Positions 19,777 through 28,109 of a DNA stretch of 64,000 bases are shown piece after piece; positions within the stretch are counted from its first letter, which is position 1; every line of letters starts with the position of its first letter. The notes below the pieces were generated by a model that did no database searches, was not told the DNA's origin, and saw only the letters and a list, made by a program, of their open reading frames with translations. The DNA comes from an uncultured Candidatus Saccharibacteria bacterium (GTDB lineage: Bacteria; Patescibacteriota; WWE3; UBA101185; UBA10185): positions 337,492 through 401,491 of the forward strand of contig CAZXUJ010000001.1 in assembly GCA_964643995.1 (NCBI GenBank). The letters are read 5' to 3'. A program made the translations under genes and the position numbers.

Positions 19777-19989
19777 TTACAAAAGCTTATTTTTAAAGAA
19801 TATATAGAGAAATACTACTGAAGCTACTACTGTAACAAACAAAAGCCACAAGTAAGTAAAAGCTGGAGAATTACATTTCCAAGCCTCCTGAATATCAGGT
19901 GCGGCTTCGTGTATAGGACTGCGTAATTCTATACAGATATCTTGTTGCCACTGTGGCAATTTGTTTATGTAATTGTCTATTTTGTTCAT
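19777..19989 (-). pseudogene. Truncated DUF1801/YdhG-like gene
   Basis: MNKIDNYINKLPQWQQDICIELR..IHEAAPDIQEAWK..SPAF matches the DUF1801 N-terminus, then switches to an unrelated hydrophobic tail. Confidence 0.55.
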
Positions 19990-20123
19990 ATCTTTTTCCT
20001 AACATCCTAAAAATCTTTACGTAAAGAAAAGGTGGTTGCCCGCAGATGTCCCTATTGAAACATTTTTTTCACTGCAATCTCCTTTTTGTTGAGTAAGCTC
20101 TTGCGAGGATATACTAAGAATAG

Positions 20124-21359
20124 CTATAGGTCACGTACAAGTTCGCGTATTGTGTGGCGATAGTCATAAAACTTGTTTCTTAGAGTTGTTTCAATAGGCA
20201 GCTCGTGATTCATGGATTCGGCAGAATCAATCCACACACGGTTTGTACCATCGATGGGAGGTTTGAGCCCCTTGTACCAATAAAAGGTGTAAAAAGATAA
20301 TACAATGTAAAATGATACTAGCATTGGGTATATATAATACTTTTTGTTTACATGTAAGTATTCATAAGTACCCAACATAAAAAATGGTAGTCCCCAGATT
20401 ATATGAGTCCTGTTGAATACAGGTGTAAAAAGGAAATAGAGTGCAAAACAAACTGCAGTGAGAATGTACTTGTCTCTGATATCTCTTTTCAGCAACAAAT
20501 ACAACGTAACCAAAGGCCCCGCAAATAAAGCCAGAGACGAGTAGAAACTAGCGAAGCGCACCTGATAAAAATTTACTCCATAATCCTGAAGATAATAAGT
20601 GATAAAAGAGAGGATTGGCCTACCTTGTATGGTACGTTCTGCGTGAACCAATAACGTCCCTTTAACATAAAAGTAGATATCCGCTATATTTGTTACAAAG
20701 GGTAAACTTATAAAAAGGAAAACACCAAATATTGCTAGTAACACTTTTCTCCAGTCCTTTGAGTGATAAATGAATATTGGAAGTAATATTATCGGGACCA
20801 GTTTTATAGATAGCGCTAGGCCGTAAAAAACTCCTGAGGCATAGTCTTTCTTGCCCAATAAATAAGTTGCCATGAAAAGAAAGAACACCTGAATTGGATC
20901 AAAGAGTGTGTACTCGTACCGTAGCAGAAAGTAGGGATTAAAAAGCCAAAATGTGGCGCAAAACAAACCCAACCATGTATTTCTATTATAAAAATAGCGC
21001 ATTAGAAACACAGCAACACCAAGATCAGCAAGAAGCGTGGGAATTTTCCAAAAAGCTGCCAACGTCAGCTCATTGGGCACAAATTCATTAAACTGCCAAA
21101 GAAAAGTTAAAATGTATAGCAGGGTTGGGAAATATGCGTAACCATGGTCTAGAGATGCGACTCTGAACGAAGATACAGTGTAAATGTATGGATTAACCCC
21201 CACAAGGAATTCTTCAACTGCACGGGTATAAATGTAGTGATCACCACCCTCATGATCAAAGATGTAGAGTCTTAAAATTGTGCTTACAAAAAGCAATGCA
21301 AAGAAAGCAACAAGTGGCAGAGATTTAAGAGACAAATTTTTTCTGAACCAATTTAACAT
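20124..21359 (-). CDS. GT-C fold membrane glycosyltransferase (GT87/PMT-like)
   Basis: Multi-TM; NPY, YAYFPT, FWLFNP, FD, GLALSIK.VP. Confidence 0.8.
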   Translation of the reverse strand: MLNWFRKNLSLKSLPLVAFFALLFVSTILRLYIFDHEGGDHYIYTRAVEEFLVGVNPYIYTVSSFRVASLDHGYAYFPTLLYILTFLWQFNEFVPNELTLAAFWKIPTLLADLGVAVFLMRYFYNRNTWLGLFCATFWLFNPYFLLRYEYTLFDPIQVFFLFMATYLLGKKDYASGVFYGLALSIKLVPIILLPIFIYHSKDWRKVLLAIFGVFLFISLPFVTNIADIYFYVKGTLLVHAERTIQGRPILSFITYYLQDYGVNFYQVRFASFYSSLALFAGPLVTLYLLLKRDIRDKYILTAVCFALYFLFTPVFNRTHIIWGLPFFMLGTYEYLHVNKKYYIYPMLVSFYIVLSFYTFYWYKGLKPPIDGTNRVWIDSAESMNHELPIETTLRNKFYDYRHTIRELVRDL

Positions 21360-21395
21360 GGCAATTTAATTGTATCTTATTGATATAATTTACCA

Positions 21396-21455
21396 ATGGC
21401 AGCTCCAATCACACACATAGTTTTAACGAAGATAGACTCTATTGAGAATAGATAA
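21396..21455 (+). pseudogene. 5' stub of an interrupted gene (MAAPITHIVLT...)
   Basis: ATG follows a TATAAT box; the HxxL-type N-terminus seen in zinc-dependent hydrolase-like proteins stops after 19 codons at the edge of foreign DNA. Confidence 0.4.
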
Positions 21456-21508
21456 AAATAGAGTGCCCCGCATTGACTATTGTGCTAGGATGCAGTTAGT
21501 ATTTAATT

Positions 21509-21796
21509 GTGCCCGCTAGAATGTATATGGAAAGTAAAATTATAACCTTTGACCCTGAACTTAAGCATCGTATATTAAAAGCCTTGGGGAAAACTGTAGA
21601 CTCTGAGGGCTTCATTGTGCAAGCGTCAGATGAAACCAACAGGGTATTAGACATATATGGAGAAGAAGTAAAGGTCGCTGAATTTGGTGGATACAAAGAG
21701 GGTTCCGAGCTGTTTGTGAAATCAGACATAAGTGCCCTAATTAAGTTCTATGAGGGGCATTTAAGAGGTCCAAATGTCTCTGGCAGACTTTCTTAA
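21509..21796 (+). CDS. Hypothetical protein
   Basis: 95-aa ORF overlapping the next ORF. Confidence 0.6.
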   Translation: MPARMYMESKIITFDPELKHRILKALGKTVDSEGFIVQASDETNRVLDIYGEEVKVAEFGGYKEGSELFVKSDISALIKFYEGHLRGPNVSGRLS

Positions 21797-22574
21797 ATCG
21801 TTTGAAGCAATCATTAAGTTTGATAACAGCAACGCACGAAATTTCCGGGATATAAAGTTTTTTAATTTCACCAAAAACGAAACAAACATCACAAATAATG
21901 TCCTGAATTTTAATCCAAAGGATATGTCTGATCAGGAACTAAGTCAGTTCTTGTTGAAAGCCAAAGAGAATGGTTTTACAATAGCCCCTGCAGATACAAA
22001 GTTGTTAAGTCTATCTGAGACATATGAAAGCGATTCTTTTAAAGAAGACGTTTTATGGTTTCAGGGAAAAATACCACAAGCAGATTTAGAGACTCTTAAA
22101 TCAGCCTTTTTTCTAAAGCAAAAACTCGTAAATGATGAGCCCACTGCGGAAATGAAGGAAGGTATTAGAAATAGATTTGGGGCAAGAGGCTCAACAATTT
22201 GCAACCTTTTTAGTGCCCAGTACTTCAAGGAGCTTATCAAACCCTTGTACGAGGCATGTGAAATAGATACAACTTTGGGTAGAAAAACGTTTGATTTGTA
22301 CTACGAGACATTAATAGAGGATTTCCCTGAGGCATTATTCATTTCTACATGGGAGCCCGAAGGAGCTGTGAAGGGTAAGGTTCTTTCCAAAATGGCGTAT
22401 AACAAAAACTATGGAATCTATAAGTTACATCTTCACACAGTAGGTAAAACTAATATTAAGAAAGTACTTTCGGTCGCAAAGTCAATCTGTGAAGAAACTC
22501 CTGAGTTTGAATTTAAAATTACGGATGATAAAGGCCACTACATTAGGCTTACGATGTTTTATAAGCAGAGTTAA
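21774..22574 (+). CDS. Hypothetical protein
   Basis: 266-aa ORF with GAGG SD; no family recognised. Confidence 0.7.
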   Translation: MSLADFLKSFEAIIKFDNSNARNFRDIKFFNFTKNETNITNNVLNFNPKDMSDQELSQFLLKAKENGFTIAPADTKLLSLSETYESDSFKEDVLWFQGKIPQADLETLKSAFFLKQKLVNDEPTAEMKEGIRNRFGARGSTICNLFSAQYFKELIKPLYEACEIDTTLGRKTFDLYYETLIEDFPEALFISTWEPEGAVKGKVLSKMAYNKNYGIYKLHLHTVGKTNIKKVLSVAKSICEETPEFEFKITDDKGHYIRLTMFYKQS

Positions 22575-22659
22575 CTTACTCTTAGCAGACCCACCTACTT
22601 GGCGTGTAAAATCCAATAATGGTTATACAAGACAAAAAACCCGAAAGGTAATAAACCTA

Positions 22660-22814
22660 CGCCAAAAAGCAAAAGCAGGTAGGGCAGTAGTGAAAGACAC
22701 AATTTGCAGATATATATTCTTGAACATAAAACTCGGAGTTGATGAAGTGCTGTCGTACCAGTTAAAAGAGCCATTTGATACATTACTGAAAAGTAAAGAT
22801 ATACATTCTGGTCG
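22660..22814 (+). pseudogene. C-terminal remnant of a serine recombinase ending at the att core
   Basis: KDTICRYIFLNIKLGVDEVLSYQLKEPFDTLLKSKDIHSGR resembles the tail of CPR tRNA-targeting recombinases; HSGR is encoded across the att core. Confidence 0.55.
22804..22814 (+). repeat. att core direct repeat copy 1 (CATTCTGGTCG)
   Basis: Identical to 43121-43131, which spans the tRNA-Pro 3' CCA end. Confidence 0.7.
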
Positions 22815-22895
22815 AGCAGTACGGTCATGGAATTTTATATTCTCTAGGCTAGAAATGAGACAAAGGAGACAGTATAAAAAAGGGAGTGTTTTTTT

Positions 22896-23480
22896 TTATC
22901 TTGTAGCATTATTGTGCTCCTGTATTACTTCAAGGAATTTTGTTCCCTCTATTATTAGTACGTTTTTAAAGTTTCCTTCTAGCTTTCCGACCTGCTTAAG
23001 ATAATTAAAGTACCTCTTTAACCTATAGAATAGTTGGTATTTGTCCCCTCCGATTGGTAGCACTATTCCTATCTTTCCCATTACAGATGCATTTAATATA
23101 TCGCCAAAAGCACGTTTTGAATCTTTAGTGTTTTCTATTTCTATTGCAATAAAACACCTCGGATTTTTATTTAGGACACTCATAAAATCTTGAAAGCTCA
23201 TGTACTCATGTCCCTCAGCAACATGCGAAACACTATATAATTTTTCTAACAGATCTTTATGAATTTCGACCATTCTCTCAAATTTGTTGTTATTTACTGC
23301 AAGATTTTTGTCTATATTGAAAGGACCTAATGCAATATCCACCCTTGGTGCATAATAATCCCTACTATTAAAGTCATCTAAGCTGTTTTTTGCAGCATTC
23401 CATTCTTTCACAACACTATCCGGTGCATGTATTTTTTTGAGCTCTCCAAGTATTTTATCTGTGTATTCCTTTGTTTTCAT
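22896..23480 (-). CDS. Putative PD-(D/E)xK-like nuclease co-transcribed with Hachiman
   Basis: E..., PRVDIA, FIAIEIEN pattern; 7-bp gap after hamB. Confidence 0.55.
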   Translation of the reverse strand: MKTKEYTDKILGELKKIHAPDSVVKEWNAAKNSLDDFNSRDYYAPRVDIALGPFNIDKNLAVNNNKFERMVEIHKDLLEKLYSVSHVAEGHEYMSFQDFMSVLNKNPRCFIAIEIENTKDSKRAFGDILNASVMGKIGIVLPIGGDKYQLFYRLKRYFNYLKQVGKLEGNFKNVLIIEGTKFLEVIQEHNNATR

Positions 23481-23487
23481 AAAACGT

Positions 23488-26034
23488 TTATCTTATTAGA
23501 AGCTTCGAAATTTCCATATATGCAATACTGTCTGGATCGATACTTTCTACTATAGATTTTATATTGATACTTATCTGTTGGTTTTCATCTAAGGATATTA
23601 GGTCGAAAAAATTTTTAAAAATATATTGCGCAGTATATCTAGATAATCCTAAATCCTGCAAAGCAATAATAAACATATTTGTGGTTCCATACTCTATATA
23701 TTTTGCCCAATTAGGACCTGCTTTGTCTTCACCAACAATGTAAGACAATGTTTGATGATAATGGTTGAAGTATTTTTCTAGCGTAAATCTAAGAATGTCT
23801 TCTATGTCGTTAAGAACACCAATTATTATACTGTTTATGTGTTGTTCGTTATTTTTGTCGAATACCCCTACTGGTTGGCCATATTCGTACATGGTTTTTT
23901 CGTTTTCAGAATACCATTTTATTGTGTTTAGAATAATTCTGTTTATGTTTGCTCCTCCTATCCATTGGTTCATTAGTGCCCCGTAGTAGGTTAATTTGTT
24001 ACTATTATCAAAGTTTTTTTCGATATGTTCCAATTGGTATAAGTCATTAAGGTACTTAAGTACATTCATACAAATTGGGTAGTTGATACTTGTTTCTGGA
24101 AGCGTTACAGGGTTACTCTTTATTGTAGTATAAACTTTGTTTTGTATATCAACATCTATCCACTCGTTTGCGCCCAAAATAGTGTATGGTACAACAATAT
24201 CTTTAACCTTTTCTTCTGCGATAGTCAGTATTTTAGATGAGTTATATGTTTTGATTTTATTGAGGGTGTAACTACTTGTTTCTCTCTTAGTTCCTATGGT
24301 GTCTACGCATATTATGTTGCTTATATACTTAATCTGTTCTTTTTCAGATTGCGTGCCGGATATTGGATTACCCTCAAGAACTTTAGTTAGCTTTATTCTA
24401 TTCCTTTCGAGTTTATCAGTTATAGTAGGTTCAACGTTTATATCTTTGGAGGGTGGTTTTTCTAATGATGTATCTTTTTCATTTTGTATGTAGAAAACAT
24501 TACCAATTAATTCTATATTGGTTCTACCAGCTCTTCCAGACAGATTCCAGAAATCTAGTTCATCCAGTTTAGCCAGGCCTTTTTTATTAGATAGAATGAA
24601 AAGATTAGTTGTTGGCAAATTTATACCTTCAAGTAATGTTGACGTAGTGAACATGTACCTAATTTCATTTTGTTTGTATAAATCTTCTATTATTAATCTA
24701 ATCTCTTGAGGTAGTTTTCCATAATGGAAGGCTATACCTAAAGACAAGAATTTTGCTAAGTAATAATCTTTATGAATATATCCTTTTATCTTATCTATTG
24801 CAGATTTTAGTTTTGGACTTGGTTCTACTTTTTCTACACGGCTAACGTACTCCGCCAGTTTCTTTGCATTTTCAACAACAGAGGCTACGGAATGACAGTA
24901 AACTAAACTATTTGAATATTGTCCTATTTTATGTACTAGTTCAATATAGTTGGTTGCAAAGTCATTCAGATTGTCACTAATGCACCTAAACTCCCCCTGC
25001 ATATTTTGATATATTATGTTTTCTTTGAAGTTGATTTTAAAGACATACTGCGAAACCGTGTTTTCATCAATACTAAAAGACTTGCCTTTGTTTTTTGAAA
25101 ATAATTCTAAATAGACATCTGGGTTTTTTACAAAAGGTGATGCAAAGTATAGATTTATTGCTGGAAATCTGTTTATAGCTTTTTCAATTGCTCTAAATGT
25201 AACTATACTCCGCACATCGTTCTTTGTTGTGATCTTATGTGCTTCGTCAACAAAAAGAAAACCCAATGGGGGGTTATTTTCTTTGTTAGCTAAATACCTA
25301 ATTAATCTCTCAGGAGTTAGTACGAGTAACAGATTTGAGTCTTCCTGAGTATTTATGATGGAACTTACACTTACCTTATAATTGAAGCGTTTTAATTCTT
25401 CTCCTAGTGAGGCATTTATATCTTCAACGTACTGATTTATTAGAGCTTTTGTAGGTACCAATGCCACTATGTTTTCTTTAGGTGCATTATGTAACACATG
25501 CCGTATAAAGTTCTTGATTAAAAAAGATTTACCAATTGATGTTGGACCAGAAAAACTAAACATCTTATTGGTAGTTAGCATGTTGTAAATTTTTAACTGA
25601 GTATCTGTAAAATATAAAGATTCTGTGTTAGGTACTGTATTACGAAGTTTCTTATAAGTTTCGTAAATCTCTCTTTCAAGTGGTACTTTTGTGTAATTAT
25701 CTTTTTCTCTTCCTAGTACATTTTTTGCAGGGAAGTTACCTAAGTTCGTAAATGTATTATATATACTTGTATTATGAAATGGATCATTTGAGAGCCTATT
25801 AACAGTAGCGACAATATTTAGCGCAATGTTCCTAAATTGGGATTCTTGAGTTAGAGATAATATATAGGCGCATCTCAACAGAAAGTCAAAATCTAGTTCC
25901 AAGTCACTCACTGATAGTTTTTCCAACTCAAACAGCTTCGAACTATATAGTAATTGCATTTGTTCATAGGCGTTTGTAAATTGCTCACTATTAACAAGCT
26001 CATTGGCCAATTTTTCTGCAACAGTCTTACTCAT
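23488..26034 (-). CDS. hamB: Hachiman SF2 (Ski2-like) helicase HamB
   Basis: GPTSIGKS, VPTKAL, LTPER, VDEAH, TSTLLEGINLP, NLSGRAGR, YGT; start overlaps the hamA stop. Confidence 0.9.
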   Translation of the reverse strand: MSKTVAEKLANELVNSEQFTNAYEQMQLLYSSKLFELEKLSVSDLELDFDFLLRCAYILSLTQESQFRNIALNIVATVNRLSNDPFHNTSIYNTFTNLGNFPAKNVLGREKDNYTKVPLEREIYETYKKLRNTVPNTESLYFTDTQLKIYNMLTTNKMFSFSGPTSIGKSFLIKNFIRHVLHNAPKENIVALVPTKALINQYVEDINASLGEELKRFNYKVSVSSIINTQEDSNLLLVLTPERLIRYLANKENNPPLGFLFVDEAHKITTKNDVRSIVTFRAIEKAINRFPAINLYFASPFVKNPDVYLELFSKNKGKSFSIDENTVSQYVFKINFKENIIYQNMQGEFRCISDNLNDFATNYIELVHKIGQYSNSLVYCHSVASVVENAKKLAEYVSRVEKVEPSPKLKSAIDKIKGYIHKDYYLAKFLSLGIAFHYGKLPQEIRLIIEDLYKQNEIRYMFTTSTLLEGINLPTTNLFILSNKKGLAKLDELDFWNLSGRAGRTNIELIGNVFYIQNEKDTSLEKPPSKDINVEPTITDKLERNRIKLTKVLEGNPISGTQSEKEQIKYISNIICVDTIGTKRETSSYTLNKIKTYNSSKILTIAEEKVKDIVVPYTILGANEWIDVDIQNKVYTTIKSNPVTLPETSINYPICMNVLKYLNDLYQLEHIEKNFDNSNKLTYYGALMNQWIGGANINRIILNTIKWYSENEKTMYEYGQPVGVFDKNNEQHINSIIIGVLNDIEDILRFTLEKYFNHYHQTLSYIVGEDKAGPNWAKYIEYGTTNMFIIALQDLGLSRYTAQYIFKNFFDLISLDENQQISINIKSIVESIDPDSIAYMEISKLLIR

Positions 26035-26954
26035 TACTTAATTTTCCTTATTAATTCTTTTCTTGTATTAGAAATATCCGATAAAGGAATTATGTACAAA
26101 TAAACATTATGAAAGTTTAGCTCTTTATCCTCTAATGCCTTTGCTATAGTTTCTTTTTTTGACAATACTTCATTTTTAATCTGTTCTCTAAGTGCTACAG
26201 TAAATTCCATAGTTCCTTTGGCTTGCATCTCCTCGTCAAAATCTACATTAAACCCTAGTAAAATGCCGAATGCATCATCTGTTGGTATGTTATCTTTTGA
26301 TAATGCGGGAAAGAGTATTCGTTTAACTATTTTGTATTCATTTTCGCTAAGGCACTCTTTTATAAGGTTGGCATTTATTAGCCCTCGTTCATATGAAATT
26401 TTTCCCTCGGACTTTAACAGTTTTATAGACTTTACAGCCTCACTAATTCCACTTACTAGAGACTTGTGCACTTTTGATTCTCCGTAGATAAGCTGGTATT
26501 CCTCCTCCGATATTTTTAATAGATGAATACCATCAGAGCCTTTTACATAATCATTACCGGCTGTTTTTAATTCTAATTTAGAGATAATTTTAGGCGCCTC
26601 TAAATGACTTTCTAAAAAGCAATATAGGAGTAATTCTCCTAGTTCCCCATCATTAGATGCAGCTTTTCGCAGCTTTTCCTTTGCTCTATCATTTAGTTCC
26701 CCAAACCTTCCCTCTTTTACAAAGTTTTCAATTTCTTTTCTAGAAAGTGCATAATTGATCAGATTATTTGATAGCTCTGGTATCAAGGTGTCGTAGTCGA
26801 ATCTACTATTTCTTGTTTTCAAGATAAATAGGTCCAGTTTCTTATTGTCAGTAAGTTGGATCCCTTGTAATTCATGATAAAACAAGTTTAAGAACTCTTT
26901 ACTTGACCGGATCGACTTATTTATAGGATTTGTACCCATAGTTGCATTATACAT
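26034..26954 (-). CDS. hamA: Hachiman nuclease HamA (DUF1837)
   Basis: GELGELLLYCFLE...APKIISKLELKT...VKGSDGIH...YGESK. Confidence 0.9.
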   Translation of the reverse strand: MYNATMGTNPINKSIRSSKEFLNLFYHELQGIQLTDNKKLDLFILKTRNSRFDYDTLIPELSNNLINYALSRKEIENFVKEGRFGELNDRAKEKLRKAASNDGELGELLLYCFLESHLEAPKIISKLELKTAGNDYVKGSDGIHLLKISEEEYQLIYGESKVHKSLVSGISEAVKSIKLLKSEGKISYERGLINANLIKECLSENEYKIVKRILFPALSKDNIPTDDAFGILLGFNVDFDEEMQAKGTMEFTVALREQIKNEVLSKKETIAKALEDKELNFHNVYLYIIPLSDISNTRKELIRKIK

Positions 26955-26988
26955 CCAATTAGTGGCTGTATTGAGGTATATTTTAGTG

Positions 26989-28107
26989 CTACTGTGCTTT
27001 TATAAGCATAGTTAGTTTCTCTTCTGTTTCATAACATCTTAATCTGCCACTCAAATATCCAACCCTATAACTAATACCATCGCTCATTAATCTCCAATTT
27101 GTATCCTCAAGGGTTTTGTTCAGAAGTTTTTTAAGCTGTTGTTTGCTGTCATATTCTTCTCTGTCTGATTTTTCATCTTGGGTAATAAAAGGTACAACAG
27201 CGTATTTACCTAATTCTGGCTTCTCAAATTGAAGTTCAATATAGCCTTCTTTTTCCAATGCCTCTTTAACAAGCTTGTTAAGCTCCACGACTTTTAGTTT
27301 TTTAAGGCTCATGGCTTTTTTATAAGCTGGATCTTCCTTCTTTTCTTTGTCTTTTTTTATATCGCTCATAAGATTAGAGAGATTTTCTGACCATAGTACA
27401 GCTTCATTACCTTCCTTTTCATTAAAACAAAATTCTTTTCTAAACTTTTTAAGTAATTCTTTATCTTTTGCTTCCTCTTTTTCCCGTTCTTCTCTCCATT
27501 TTTTATGATCATCAACTTTAACCTCTTTGTAATCGCAACCTGTGCATTTATGTGTCCAAGTAGTTTTATCTTTGTTATCGTCAATCTTTATTGAAACATC
27601 TATCTCAGAGCCACATTTTTCACATAATGTTGGGTTGCTTTCCCAAACTTCTCCATCATCATAATAGGCTTCTCTTTTGTGACATCTTGGGCATTCATAC
27701 ATAAACAAGACTCTAAAATTACTATCTAAACCTCTTTCCCAAGAGTCTTTGCTTATAACATCAAGCAAAACGTCACAGTCTTTGCAGTAGTATTCTCCTG
27801 AATCTGCATTATCATAAGTTTCTTGTTTTGTTCTATCTTTCTCCATCCATTCATTTATTGTTTTTTTCTTGCTTTTAAATCTTGTAACTTTAATTGAATA
27901 CAAGGTCATGTTTATTAAGCGTAACCAGTCATTTTTACGTTTTTCTTCAGAAATATTTTCTTTGTTTGGTAATTTCATTGCTTCGGGTAGCTTTTTGTAA
28001 AGGGCTTGGTAGTAGTCGAGGCATTCTTTGATTGTTACAAGGTCATGGAGATCGATATAGTATTGTTCTGGTTTGATAAATGTTTCAGATTCTAGTTTTT
28101 TTGCCAT
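26989..28107 (-). CDS. Hypothetical protein with four CxxC pairs (zinc ribbons)
   Basis: CKDC, CPRC, CEKC, CTGC; C-terminal NWRLMSDGISYRVGYLSGRL; 2-bp gap after hsdR. Confidence 0.75.
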   Translation of the reverse strand: MAKKLESETFIKPEQYYIDLHDLVTIKECLDYYQALYKKLPEAMKLPNKENISEEKRKNDWLRLINMTLYSIKVTRFKSKKKTINEWMEKDRTKQETYDNADSGEYYCKDCDVLLDVISKDSWERGLDSNFRVLFMYECPRCHKREAYYDDGEVWESNPTLCEKCGSEIDVSIKIDDNKDKTTWTHKCTGCDYKEVKVDDHKKWREEREKEEAKDKELLKKFRKEFCFNEKEGNEAVLWSENLSNLMSDIKKDKEKKEDPAYKKAMSLKKLKVVELNKLVKEALEKEGYIELQFEKPELGKYAVVPFITQDEKSDREEYDSKQQLKKLLNKTLEDTNWRLMSDGISYRVGYLSGRLRCYETEEKLTMLIKAQ

Positions 28108-28109
28108 AC

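Noticed and set aside
22489-23004. 171-aa ORF as an intact gene
   Set aside because: Overlaps real genes at both ends and crosses the att core; only the middle looks like a recombinase remnant
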